Source: Parachlamydiales bacterium
Lineage (GTDB): Bacteria > Chlamydiota > Chlamydiia > Chlamydiales > Parachlamydiaceae
Reading direction: 5' to 3'
Assembly (NCBI GenBank): GCA_020051075.1
Contig: JAGVJP010000082.1
Coordinates: forward strand, 1-41,433
DNA: 41,433 nucleotides
The notes under the pieces were generated by a model. That model searched no databases, was not told the origin of the DNA, and worked only from the letters and a program-made list of their open reading frames with translations. The position numbers and the translations under genes are program-made. Position 1 is the stretch's first letter. Every line of letters starts with the position of its first letter. Of the stretch, positions 1 to 9,422 are shown one piece after another.

Positions 1-359
1 GATAGATTATAGTTAGTTTTAGGCGATAGCACCAGACGTGGATAAGCTTGAGAGAAAAGTAGGAGATACTGAACGCTGCGCGAAGCGGTAGAAAAATTCC
101 AAAGACACGAATGTCTCAAAAATTGATCTAGAATAAAGCGAAAGAAGACTTTCGCACTCCAAACGCTTCGCGCTGAAATAAATGGGTAATGGCAAGGGCG
201 TTGCCCTGGGTATGAATAAGTTAAGTGTCGCAACCTGTGAGGCTGCAAGAAGATGAAGATCTTAATCTGGTGCGTATGGGTCCAAGTTCGGACTTCTGCA
301 ATGACCTCATTTTAGGTCCATTGCTCATGAAGCTGCCAAGGATCCCGATCGCATCAACC

Positions 360-671
360 TCATATGGTTGCTGATTTCGACGCAGCTCGCCTAAATAAAC
401 AAGCAATGACTACAACGGCTATTGAGCTGATGACAGTCACTCCAATGCGAACAATAAGAAATGTACACACAGCCGCTAACGGATTTGCAAGAGGTTTCCC
501 AAACAAAATTTTGTTGGCGATCAAGCAGACAACCTCTCCAGTTAAATGGGCAATTGTGCTTAAGACAACAATTTCTTTCATTTTGTCTTTGCATATAAAA
601 TATCCAAAAACAGAACCTTCAATAACCCCTAATGTAGTACTAAATCCTAGCGAGCCAACAACGGTATTCAT
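360..671 (-). CDS. Small hydrophobic membrane protein, paralog of 802..1137
   Basis: 103-aa ORF with several hydrophobic segments. Shares CKxKMKExVVL and NPLAA with the adjacent ORF 802..1137. Confidence 0.7.
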   Translation of the reverse strand: MNTVVGSLGFSTTLGVIEGSVFGYFICKDKMKEIVVLSTIAHLTGEVVCLIANKILFGKPLANPLAAVCTFLIVRIGVTVISSIAVVVIACLFRRAASKSATI

Positions 672-696
672 ATGATCTCATTATGTTTATATTACA

Positions 697-748
697 TATC
701 CTGTTTATCTGTGCTGGAAAGTTGCAATTTCGGCAGAGATCCTGTTGG
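697..748 (-). repeat. Degenerate family-A element end
   Basis: tatcctgtttatctgtgctgg...atcctgttgg aligns with the reverse complement of 26286-26335 (tatcctgtttttctatgctgg...atcctgttgg). Confidence 0.7.
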
Positions 749-801
749 TTACTCAGGAGAGCGAAAGTCTTAACAAAACCCTCTTAAAGGCTCCTCCTTG
801 T

Positions 802-1137
802 CTAGACATCCGTTTGTGCTTGACGCTCTTGCTGTCTTCTATACATGAGAGCAGCGGCAAACATTACTGCGATCGTGAGGAACATTCCTCCAAGGTGGAC
901 AGCAAGAACCTTCTGAGCAGTCGCTATAGGATTCGCAGCCGCTAGGGGATTTCGAAGGATGCATTTTACTGCCAAGTCTGCAAAAACCTTCTCAACGACA
1001 TTTACAACAGCTCCTAAAACAACCATTTCTTTCATTTTGTTCTTGCAAAGACCAAAAGCTAACATCCCTCCTGAAAAAGCGCCCCCCGCAGCAGAATAGG
1101 CATATGATTGAATAGATGCTAAAATTGGACTACTCAT
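802..1137 (-). CDS. Small hydrophobic membrane protein, paralog of 360..671
   Basis: 111-aa ORF with an AAGGAG RBS upstream (ctcctt at 1144-1149). Shares motifs with 360..671. Confidence 0.75.
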   Translation of the reverse strand: MSSPILASIQSYAYSAAGGAFSGGMLAFGLCKNKMKEMVVLGAVVNVVEKVFADLAVKCILRNPLAAANPIATAQKVLAVHLGGMFLTIAVMFAAALMYRRQQERQAQTDV

Positions 1138-1477
1138 GGATAACTCCTTATGGTTAAAAATTTAATACTAATCGTATCAACTTTAACTTTAAAAATAAAC
1201 AAAATTATTTTATAATTTAATTTTTAGCCTCAAAACACATAGAACCATGACATCTATTTCGCAATTGAAACATCAATGCCTAGCAAAACCCAAATTCTCT
1301 TTTTTCAATATTTTTAATCGTTTGAATATGAACAAGTTAAGAAAAACAGGAAAACTTTAGAAACATCTCATTTTCAAGAGCTTAAAAACAGCTTTAGAAG
1401 AACGCTCAAGCAGCAATTCCAAATAATCTCTTGTCTTGACTTTAATGAGCAAAAAAGAGATATACAATGCTCTCGTC

Positions 1478-1524
1478 ACACAACCTATTGTATCAAAAAT
1501 AAGCCCAACTACAAGATATTGTGG
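1478..1524 (+). promoter_or_regulatory. Tandem NrdR boxes
   Basis: acacaacctattgtat (1478-1493) and ctacaagatattgtgg (1509-1524) resemble the NrdR consensus acaCwAtATaTwGtgt. They are 31 bp apart and directly upstream of a ribonucleotide reductase. Confidence 0.8.
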
Positions 1525-1551
1525 TTTTAACCTATAGAAGGAGTCCACCCC

Positions 1552-3585
1552 ATGACTACTAAGGAAACCCCTATGACAACCCCCACCGCTCGCGCCATGG
1601 CTGTTGCTTTAAGAACTTATCACCGTCCTGTTAAGGAGGGAGACACTCGATTAGAAAGTTGGGAACAGGTTGTCGACCGGGTGATTTTACACCAACGATG
1701 GCTGTGGGAGCGGGCTTTAGGAAGATCCCTGAACGAATCTCAGGAAGATGAACTCGACGAGTTGCGCGCGCTCATCCTAGGACGCTATATCGCTCCAGCT
1801 GGCCGAACATTATGGTTAGGAGGGACTGAACTTAGCCGTACAAGAGAATCCAGTATGTTCAATTGCGCTTACACACACATTGAAACGGTCTACGACGTCG
1901 TCGATGCTCTTTGGCTATTATTACAAGGCTGCGGTGTTGGATTCAGGCCAATTACAGGGACTTTGAATGGCTTCAGACGCCCTCTACAAGAAATTCAAGT
2001 GATTCGTTCTGCTCAAATAGACAAAGGGGGAACCTACTATAATGTCGAGACTTTTGACGCCGAATCTGCCACCTGGACGATTAAAGTCGGAGACTCTGCT
2101 ATCGCTTGGGCTAAAGCCGTTGGTAAACTTGTTGCAGGGAAATTCCCAGCTAAACGACTGATCCTCGATTTCTCTGAGATACGTCCTGCCGGCACACGTC
2201 TAAAAGGATATGGCTGGATTTCTTCCGGAGATGAACAAATCGCCAAAGCATTCAAAGCGATCGCTAAAATATTATCTGACCGTGCAGACCAGCTCCTCAC
2301 CCGCATCGACATCTTGGATATCGTCAACTGGCTCGGAACAATCCTTTCAAGCCGTCGATCAGCTGAAATTGCCCTTTTCGAATATGGGCAGCCTGAATGG
2401 GAAGAATTTGCCCTCGCGAAGAAGGAATGGTGGCTAAAAGGCAATTACCATCGTCAACAGTCAAATAACAGCTTGTTATTCCGTTCAAAACCAACCCGTG
2501 CTGAGTTGGAGAATATTTTTCAATTGATGTTAGAGTCTGGTGGTTCTGAACCTGGATTCATCAACGCGATTGAAGCAGAACGGCGAGCTCCATGGTTTAA
2601 AGGGTGCAACCCTTGCGTCGAGATCCTGCTCGGAAATAAAAGTTTCTGCAACTTAACGGAAGTGAATGTCCTCGCCTTCAAAGGGGATAAAGTCGGTCTT
2701 GAACGGGCTCTTTACCTGGCTGGACGGATGAACTATCGCCAAACCATGGTTAACCTCCGCGATGAGATTTTACAAGAAGCGTGGCACCTCAATAATGAAT
2801 TCCTTCATCTTTGCGGTGTTGGGTTGACAGGGGTGCGAGCCCGCCGAGATCTGACTGCATATGATTATAAGCGGATGCGCAATCTCACTGTTAGCGCAGC
2901 CTATAGCATGGCCAATGAATTGAATTCTCCTCTCCCAAAAAATGTCACCTGCATTAAACCAAGCGGGACTGTGAGCAAGATTATGGGAACCGAAGAATGG
3001 GGCGAAGTCCCTGAAGGGATCCACCTCCCCTTAGGGCGCTACATGATGACGAATGTCACCTATTCTAAACACGACCCTCTCGTCAACCGATTCAAAGCGG
3101 CTGGTTATTCTGTCATCGAGAAGCCTTTTGAGCCTGAATCAGTGCTCGTAAAGTTCCCTGTCAAGTATGAGAATGTCCCTTTTACTCGAACGACCGTGAC
3201 GAGAAAAAATGGAAAAGTTGAAGAGGTGGAAATCAACACTGACTCGGCAATCGAGCAGTTAAATTGGTATGCCTTGCTCCAGACAACATGGTGCGAGCAG
3301 AACGTCTCTAACACCGTCTCATACGATCCTTCAGAAGTTCCCGGCATCATCGACTGGCTGTTGGAAAATTGGGACTGCTATGTCGGCGTCTCGTTCCTAT
3401 TCCGCAATGACCCAACGAAGAATGCTGAAGACCTCGGTTATGCCTACCTCCCACAGGAAGTTGTCACTAAAGAGATCTATGATGCCTATGCATCGACACT
3501 TCGGAAGATCGACTACTCCGGCATTGAGATGCGAGATGAAGAACTGACCGAAAGCTGCGCGACAGGCGCCTGCCCAGTCAGGTAG
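1552..3585 (+). CDS. nrdJ: Class II (adenosylcobalamin-dependent) ribonucleotide reductase, short monomeric/RTPR-like type
   Basis: Motifs FNC, NPCVEI (NxCxE), CNLTEV, IKPSGT and C-terminal CATGACP. No N-terminal ATP cone and no small-subunit gene nearby. Confidence 0.92.
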   Translation: MTTKETPMTTPTARAMAVALRTYHRPVKEGDTRLESWEQVVDRVILHQRWLWERALGRSLNESQEDELDELRALILGRYIAPAGRTLWLGGTELSRTRESSMFNCAYTHIETVYDVVDALWLLLQGCGVGFRPITGTLNGFRRPLQEIQVIRSAQIDKGGTYYNVETFDAESATWTIKVGDSAIAWAKAVGKLVAGKFPAKRLILDFSEIRPAGTRLKGYGWISSGDEQIAKAFKAIAKILSDRADQLLTRIDILDIVNWLGTILSSRRSAEIALFEYGQPEWEEFALAKKEWWLKGNYHRQQSNNSLLFRSKPTRAELENIFQLMLESGGSEPGFINAIEAERRAPWFKGCNPCVEILLGNKSFCNLTEVNVLAFKGDKVGLERALYLAGRMNYRQTMVNLRDEILQEAWHLNNEFLHLCGVGLTGVRARRDLTAYDYKRMRNLTVSAAYSMANELNSPLPKNVTCIKPSGTVSKIMGTEEWGEVPEGIHLPLGRYMMTNVTYSKHDPLVNRFKAAGYSVIEKPFEPESVLVKFPVKYENVPFTRTTVTRKNGKVEEVEINTDSAIEQLNWYALLQTTWCEQNVSNTVSYDPSEVPGIIDWLLENWDCYVGVSFLFRNDPTKNAEDLGYAYLPQEVVTKEIYDAYASTLRKIDYSGIEMRDEELTESCATGACPVR

Positions 3586-3858
3586 AACAGGGATAAGCAA
3601 AATGGACAAAACAGGATAAGCAGGATCGCAAGCGGCAGGATAAGCAAGATAGTGACATATTGCTTATCCTGCAATTTTTTACAGGATGGGAAGGATAGGA
3701 AAGATAGAAAGAACGAGATGTTTTTTTATGTTTTTGTTGTTTGCCTGAATTTTCTTATTATCTTGCTTATCCTGCCGCGAAGCGATCCTGCCTATCCTGT
3801 TCTGTCCTTTTGCCTATCTTGTTTCTCTATGCTGAGAAGTTGCGATCTTGTCTATCCA
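3586..3858. repeat. Family-A inverted-repeat element with a nested family-B arm
   Basis: Left arm acaggataagcaggatcgcaagcggcaggataagcaagatag pairs with right arm tatcttgcttatcctgccgcgaagcgatcctgcctatcctgt. Internal acaggatgggaaggataggaaagatag at about 3681-3707. Lies between convergent nrdJ and psd. Confidence 0.9.
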
Positions 3859-4759
3859 TGATCCCCATGCGCTGTCCGAGGAGGCAGCGAATCTCAAAGC
3901 CTTCTTGAGTCGCTTTAAGGAGGTCTCGGTCAAACTGAATCGATCGAGGAGGAAAGAGCAGAACTAAAGCCGATCCTCCAAACTCAAAATAGCCTTTCTC
4001 AGCTCCTTTTTGCTGGGGTTGATTTGGAATATAGGTTTCCTGGATGCTGCCCACAGCTGTCGCTCCCACTTCTAAATACAAGATTTTTCCAAACCGTGCG
4101 CTATCCAACTGACAAAGTGTCCGTTTATTTTGTGAAAACGTGTGAATATTCTTTCTGATAGCCAGAGGATTGACCGAATAGAGCCAGCCATTGATCAACT
4201 TGGTCTCTCCAGCTATGCATTCGACAGGAAAATGGAAGCGATGGTAGTCGGTCGGACATAAGCGAGCAAGGACCATGCTCCCTTTCTGATACTTTTCAGC
4301 GAGGGCATCGTCTTTAAGCAGCTCTCTCAAACAAAATTTCTCTCCTTTGACAATAAATTCATCGCATTGGGAGATATTCTCATAAAAGTAGTAGCGTCCA
4401 TCCGCTGGAATGATCGCAACGTCAGGATCTGAGTCAATCGGACGCGCCTCAGGCTTTAGACGGCGGATAAAAAATTCGTTGAATGATTGAAAGGAGCTAA
4501 CAGGATCTAAAAATTCGCTCTCGTCGACATCAAATTCACGAATGAACGGCTCAATTTTTTTTGAGCTCTTTTTCTTTTTTTGCAAATACCCAAAGAACCT
4601 AGAGAATAACGAGCAGCGGCAGGTTAAAGGGAGAATCAACGGACTGAGAAGGCGGGTGATCCATCCATTCCCATAGAGAAATCGAAGAGCTTTATCTTGA
4701 TAGATTTTTTCAACCTGCTTCTGTCCAGTTTGCCTATCAATAAAAATGATTTCAGTCAT
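3827..4759 (-). CDS. psd: Phosphatidylserine decarboxylase proenzyme
   Basis: FNEFFIRRLK, RLCPTDYHRFH and the FGGS self-cleavage motif. Confidence 0.95.
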   Translation of the reverse strand: MTEIIFIDRQTGQKQVEKIYQDKALRFLYGNGWITRLLSPLILPLTCRCSLFSRFFGYLQKKKKSSKKIEPFIREFDVDESEFLDPVSSFQSFNEFFIRRLKPEARPIDSDPDVAIIPADGRYYFYENISQCDEFIVKGEKFCLRELLKDDALAEKYQKGSMVLARLCPTDYHRFHFPVECIAGETKLINGWLYSVNPLAIRKNIHTFSQNKRTLCQLDSARFGKILYLEVGATAVGSIQETYIPNQPQQKGAEKGYFEFGGSALVLLFPPRSIQFDRDLLKATQEGFEIRCLLGQRMGIMDRQDRNFSA

Positions 4760-4846
4760 AATTTGTAAACCGTGAAAAATTCATGCAATAAATGAATAGA
4801 TTAGAGTATCATCTTATTATCTACAACTTTTAAATAACCAAACAAA

Positions 4847-6223
4847 ATGGACTTTATTCACACACCCTACACACCCGGTGAAACAATTGCTGCGATAGCC
4901 ACACCTCCTGGCGAAGGAGGAGTGGCCATCATCCGCATCTCTGGACGCGACGCTCTCAATGTTGCATCAAAAATTTTTTCTGGCCCCGTTCATCAATACA
5001 TCTCTCATACCGCCCACTTTGGATACATTCATGATGGACAAGGAAATCATATCGATGATGTCCTCGTCTTGGTTATGTTGGGAGGACGTTCTTACACCGG
5101 CGAGACGACGGTTGAGATCCATTGCCATGGAGGGAGTTTAATCACGCGGCGTGTTTTAGAAGCAACCCTTGCAGCAGGGGCCCGAGCCGCATTGCCCGGA
5201 GAGTTCACCTTCCGATCCTTTCTCAGTGGAAAAATCGATCTCGCCCAAGCTGAAGCTGTGCAGACGTTAATTTGTGCTAAAAATGAACGGGCTTTAGATG
5301 CTGCTGAACAGCAACTAAAAGGGGCTCTGTCCCGGTCAATCACGCAATTTCAAACGGCACTCACCCAAATCGCGGCCATTTTAGAGGCTTGGGTCGATTT
5401 CCCTGAAGAGGGGTTGGAGTTTGCGACGATGGACGAAATCTGTTCCGACCTTGAGGGCATTTGCCAATCGATGGAGAAACTGGCTGCGACGTTCCACCAA
5501 GGCAAAATTCTCCATGAAGGTCTCTCTCTATGCCTTGTCGGCTGCCCTAATGTAGGAAAATCGTCGTTGATGAATGCGATTCTAAATAAAGATCGAGCCA
5601 TCGTCTCGCCTCAAGCTGGGACCACACGAGACGTCCTTGAAGACCATTTAAGGTTGAATGGACTCCACCTGAAAATCAGCGACACGGCAGGGATTCGCCA
5701 TTCAGAGGAGACGATCGAACAAGAAGGGATCCGTCGGTCAAAGCAAACAATGGAAGAGGCTGACCTCATCCTGTTGATTCTAGATGCCCATCAAGGGTTA
5801 ACCCAAGACGACCTCCAACTCATCAAAGAGGTACCCACTGCTAAAACGATCGCCATCTGGAATAAAATCGACCTCCCATGCTGCGCAATCCCTTCGTTAG
5901 ATTTTCCTGAAGTTGTCAAAATCTCTGCGATGAAAAAACTGGGGTTAGAAGACCTCTACCAAGCTGTCGACCGGCTGATTTGGTCTGAAGGGGCCCCCTC
6001 TAAGGAGGAGGTCGTCATCAGCAATGTGAGACACAAAGAAGCTCTTAAATCTTCTATCGAAGCGATCATTCTTGTTCTACGCGGATTAAGAGCGGGAGAT
6101 TCTCCAGAATTCTTGACGATAGATATTCGTCAAGCCCTGCAAGAATTGGGGAAAGTTATCGGCACGAACGTTTCAGAAGATATCCTCTCAGCAATATTCT
6201 CAAAATTCTGTATTGGAAAATGA
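4847..6223 (+). CDS. mnmE: tRNA modification GTPase MnmE (TrmE)
   Basis: TIAAIATPPG, P-loop GCPNVGKSS, GTTRD, DTAG, NKID and C-terminal FCIGK. Confidence 0.98.
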   Translation: MDFIHTPYTPGETIAAIATPPGEGGVAIIRISGRDALNVASKIFSGPVHQYISHTAHFGYIHDGQGNHIDDVLVLVMLGGRSYTGETTVEIHCHGGSLITRRVLEATLAAGARAALPGEFTFRSFLSGKIDLAQAEAVQTLICAKNERALDAAEQQLKGALSRSITQFQTALTQIAAILEAWVDFPEEGLEFATMDEICSDLEGICQSMEKLAATFHQGKILHEGLSLCLVGCPNVGKSSLMNAILNKDRAIVSPQAGTTRDVLEDHLRLNGLHLKISDTAGIRHSEETIEQEGIRRSKQTMEEADLILLILDAHQGLTQDDLQLIKEVPTAKTIAIWNKIDLPCCAIPSLDFPEVVKISAMKKLGLEDLYQAVDRLIWSEGAPSKEEVVISNVRHKEALKSSIEAIILVLRGLRAGDSPEFLTIDIRQALQELGKVIGTNVSEDILSAIFSKFCIGK

Positions 6224-6846
6224 ACAAAAAAAGGATCGCAAAGCAAATTCAAGAGATCTTAAACGAGCTTTATCCCGAGCCTCCGATCCCCCTCGTCCAC
6301 TTTGACCCTTACACACTGCTCATCGCGGTGCTACTGTCGGCGCAATGCACCGATGTCCGCGTCAACAAAATCACCCCTCTGCTATTTGCAAGGGCATCTA
6401 CCCCTCAAGCAATGATCTTGTTATCTCCAAAAGACATTGAGAATATCATCCGCCCTTGCGGATTAGCCCCAAGAAAATCTCAAGCCATTTTTCAGCTCTC
6501 TCAGATTTTATTAGAAAAATATGGGGGTGCAGTGCCAGATAGCTTTGAAGCCCTGGAAGAATTGCCAGGGGTAGGGCATAAAACAGCTTCAGTGGTGATG
6601 TCCCAAGCCTTTCACCATCCAGCCTTTCCCGTCGACACACATATCCACCGCTGTGCGAAACGGTGGATGTTAAGCGAGGGGAAAAATGTCATACAAACAG
6701 AAAAAGATTTGAAGAGTCTGTTTCCCAAAAAAGATTGGAACCGCCTCCATTTGCAAATCATCTATTTCGCACGAGAATATTGCCAGGCGCGTAACCACCA
6801 AGCCTCTCTCTGTCCCATTTGCAGCATGATTCATCCCAATGTTTAA
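6220..6846 (+). CDS. nth: Endonuclease III
   Basis: LLSAQCTD, HhH LPGVGHKTA, VDTH and a C-terminal Cys cluster (CQARNHQASLCPIC). Overlaps the mnmE stop (ATGA). Confidence 0.95.
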   Translation: MNKKRIAKQIQEILNELYPEPPIPLVHFDPYTLLIAVLLSAQCTDVRVNKITPLLFARASTPQAMILLSPKDIENIIRPCGLAPRKSQAIFQLSQILLEKYGGAVPDSFEALEELPGVGHKTASVVMSQAFHHPAFPVDTHIHRCAKRWMLSEGKNVIQTEKDLKSLFPKKDWNRLHLQIIYFAREYCQARNHQASLCPICSMIHPNV

Positions 6847-6859
6847 AGTTACTACTCTA

Positions 6860-6888
6860 TTGACTAAAAAAACAAAGATCAATATAGT
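6860..6888 (+). promoter_or_regulatory. Sigma70/sigma66-type promoter
   Basis: TTGACT-N17-TATAGT, 50 bp upstream of the 6939 ATG. Confidence 0.65.
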
Positions 6889-6938
6889 TAAAGTCTTGTA
6901 TTCGTCTTTAATTCAATTTTATTCCTGGAGATGATCGC

Positions 6939-7553
6939 ATGAAAATTATTGTTTCTTTAATGCTTTTCTTATGTGGATTTTCTAAACTCCTCGTCGCTGC
7001 CGACGTCCTTCCTCCTCAAAAACAACCAACACTCTCATTTGAAGTGCGACAGCAAGATTACATGTTCTCAACAATCCTGAACATTACTTCCGAACACTCC
7101 TATTTAGGTTCTATTGTAAAAAGCCCTTTTAGGATACGGACAAGCTATGAACTTTTTGGTCCTAAAGGCGATTATGAGGGTGTAGGCATCTGCCGCTTTA
7201 TTACCCTTGGCGGAGGCGTTTGGCAAGCCCAAATCGATCTCTATGATACTAAAAAGATAAAAATCGGAGCAATAGAGGGAGAGGTCGTCCCTAACGCAAC
7301 AACACGATTTTTCCTCTATAATGAAGAAAAAGAATGCGTCGGGATCGCCCGTTTAGACTCCTCAAATTCAAAATTTATTATTGTTGATCCATCAACTGAA
7401 CAACCCCTGGTCTGTTTCAAGAGAAATTATGTCCGTGGAATCGTTGACTACTGGAATGTGACTATTCATGTTCTCGATAGTATAGACCTTAAACTGATCA
7501 AAATCTTCGCTGCTTTTGCTGTCGACTCTCAAGATGAATTTCAGAACGATTGA
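6939..7553 (+). CDS. Exported hypothetical protein, possibly LURP-one/scramblase-like beta fold
   Basis: Signal peptide, repeated beta-hairpin pattern and a C-terminal buried helix (IDLKLIKIFAAFAVD). The fold assignment is an inference. Confidence 0.7.
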   Translation: MKIIVSLMLFLCGFSKLLVAADVLPPQKQPTLSFEVRQQDYMFSTILNITSEHSYLGSIVKSPFRIRTSYELFGPKGDYEGVGICRFITLGGGVWQAQIDLYDTKKIKIGAIEGEVVPNATTRFFLYNEEKECVGIARLDSSNSKFIIVDPSTEQPLVCFKRNYVRGIVDYWNVTIHVLDSIDLKLIKIFAAFAVDSQDEFQND

Positions 7554-7603
7554 CAGTTTTCGCAATGAGACAAAAAATCCACAACGAGCTAAAACTTAAG
7601 ATC

Positions 7604-7708
7604 GACAGGATAGAGACAAAAAAATTAACAGGATGGGGAGGATAGGAAAGATAGGGCAAGATAACGAATATCTTTACGCACTATCATCCTTCTTATCCTT
7701 CCCATCCT
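7604..7708. repeat. Family-B palindromic element
   Basis: aaaattaacaggatggggaggataggaaagatag ... atcatccttcttatccttcccatcct. The same unit occurs at 13481-13612 and 32411-32575. Confidence 0.9.
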
Positions 7709-7709
7709 A

Positions 7710-7734
7710 CTGTTCTTCGCCTAAAGGGAAATGG
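7710..7734. repeat. Direct copy of a segment of the dusB 3' end
   Basis: ctgttcttcgcctaaagggaa(a/g)tgg at 7710-7734 and 8425-8449, 24 of 25 bases identical. Confidence 0.9.
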
Positions 7735-7753
7735 GGCTATTATTCAAGGACGT

Positions 7754-8158
7754 TTAATAATAATAGTTATCGTCATAATCAACCCTATGAGGATAAGGGA
7801 TTGTAGATTCTATGATAACTTCCTCTAGAATATTGGCAGCTATGAAGAAAATCGCCATTGTGAGAGGAATGGATATGTGTCGAGGGAATGGAAGATTTAG
7901 AAGTTTTGATATTGCGAAATTAACGCCTCCAACAAAAAGAGCCATTGGAATTTGCACGATCACTTTTCTGTCTAAACAATCGCCAAGACGACATTCAAAC
8001 ATAGCCTTGATTCCAAATCCTAAGGCAATCACACCTGCAACAACCGTTGAAATCGTCAAAATTACACCCGCTGCAAAGGGAGTTACAACACGGGGGCCAA
8101 CCGCAACGATAGCTTGTTGAGCCGCGTTTGCAACTTGTCCACCAATAATAGCATTCAT
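7754..8158 (-). CDS. Small accessory membrane protein
   Basis: 134 aa with about three hydrophobic segments, an AAGGAG RBS and its own promoter. Confidence 0.75.
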   Translation of the reverse strand: MNAIIGGQVANAAQQAIVAVGPRVVTPFAAGVILTISTVVAGVIALGFGIKAMFECRLGDCLDRKVIVQIPMALFVGGVNFAISKLLNLPFPRHISIPLTMAIFFIAANILEEVIIESTIPYPHRVDYDDNYYY

Positions 8159-8191
8159 AAAATTCTCCTTAAAATTTTTAACTTAAAGGCA

Positions 8192-8220
8192 ACTTTAACA
8201 AAATATTATTTTTTAGTCAA
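8192..8220 (-). promoter_or_regulatory. Sigma66-type promoter for 7754..8158
   Basis: Minus strand TTGACT-N17-TAAAGT. Confidence 0.6.
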
Positions 8221-8289
8221 TAACAATTAATTACTTCAACTATATTAAATATGCCTTTGATTTCAAAAAGGTGACATATTTATTCACCC

Positions 8290-8414
8290 CTTTGCGTCTT
8301 CGCACCTTTGCGCCTTTGCGTTTAATAAAGCTAAGGACCGCTCTGCGCTCACAGATGTTCGCATTCTCACATCTTGCGCTTTCCTTTTTGAGTCTTCGGG
8401 CATTTGCGTTTAAT
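8290..8414. repeat. Family-C 8-bp periodic repeat (ctttgcgc-type)
   Basis: ctttgcgt cttcgcac ctttgcgc ctttgcgt ttaat (8290-8326). tttgcgtttaat recurs at 8403-8414, overlapping the dusB stop. Confidence 0.7.
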
Positions 8415-9420
8415 TAAGCAGAGGCTGTTCTTCGCCTAAAGGGAAGTGGAGAATGAGGTCGTTGACCTCTTGAAGGGTAGAGGCGCGGCTGATCAACTCT
8501 CTAAATTGACGGGTCCCCGCCGACTTCTTAAGATACCAACACCCAACACGCCTCATATCGACACAAACGCGATGGTCTTGGTGATAGCGTCGTGTAAATT
8601 GGAAGTGCTCATAAAGAGCTGTCCGGCAATCTTCAAGCGACCGTATGGCTGGCTCCTGCCCGCTCAGATGACAAAGGATATCCTCTACAGCCCATGGCTG
8701 CCCCATCGTGCCACGAGCAACTAAGACAGCATCGCAACCTGTTTCAAGAAAAGCCTTTTCAGCAGAAACACCATCGACGATATCTCCATTGGCAATCACA
8801 GCTATTTTTGTAGCCGCTTGCTTGCATCGCTTAATGACTTCCCAATCAGCAGGACCTTGATATCCTTGCATTCTGGTTCGTCCATGCACACAAATCGCTT
8901 GAGCGCCTGCTTGTTCAGCAATTCGAACAATCTCTTCTGCATTGATCTGGCTTTCATCCCATCCAGCTCTAATTTTAACAGTGACAGGGATTTTTACAGC
9001 AGCGACCATATTGGCAAGAACTTCGCCAATCAGTTCAGGTGTTTTCAGCATCCCTGAACCGCTTCCATCTTTAGTCACTTTGTCGACCGGACATCCACAA
9101 TTGAGGTCCACAACGGAGAAACCGAGATTTTCGATGATCTTTGCCGCTTGTCCTGCGATGGACGGCTTGCTCCCACATAACTGTGCTCCGATAGGATACA
9201 TATCAGGAGAGAAATCTAATAAATGGTAAGTCCCTTGGTCGTGTCGAACCAAGGCGTCCATCTTCACCATCTCGCAATACATCAACCCAGGACGATATTT
9301 AGCGGTCATTTTGCGAAATGGGTAATCCGAACAGCCGGCTAAAGGCGCATAGAAAATACGATTGGGAAGAGTTAACGATCCGATTTGAATTTCTTTTTGT
9401 CTGTGCTCTTTCATCGTCAT
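8410..9420 (-). CDS. dusB: tRNA-dihydrouridine synthase B
   Basis: APLAG, DLNCGCP, VKIRAGWD, VHGRT, ANGDI, VARG. Confidence 0.93.
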   Translation of the reverse strand: MTMKEHRQKEIQIGSLTLPNRIFYAPLAGCSDYPFRKMTAKYRPGLMYCEMVKMDALVRHDQGTYHLLDFSPDMYPIGAQLCGSKPSIAGQAAKIIENLGFSVVDLNCGCPVDKVTKDGSGSGMLKTPELIGEVLANMVAAVKIPVTVKIRAGWDESQINAEEIVRIAEQAGAQAICVHGRTRMQGYQGPADWEVIKRCKQAATKIAVIANGDIVDGVSAEKAFLETGCDAVLVARGTMGQPWAVEDILCHLSGQEPAIRSLEDCRTALYEHFQFTRRYHQDHRVCVDMRRVGCWYLKKSAGTRQFRELISRASTLQEVNDLILHFPLGEEQPLLN

Positions 9421-9422
9421 GC

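Noticed and set aside
72..211. REP-like bits: gcgcgaagcg/cgcttcgcgc inverted pair and agggcgttgccct hairpin
   Set aside because: Single occurrence at the window edge, so it cannot be established as a repeat family here.
3397..3861. Short ORFs 3397..3609 and 3652..3861, and similar ones at 13617..13829 and 18583..18834
   Set aside because: They are translations of repeat elements or antisense shadows of real genes, with low-complexity products and no RBS support.
7557..7575. ttttcgcaatg shared with 36210-36220, both just after stop codons
   Set aside because: Only 11 bp in AT-rich DNA, compatible with chance.
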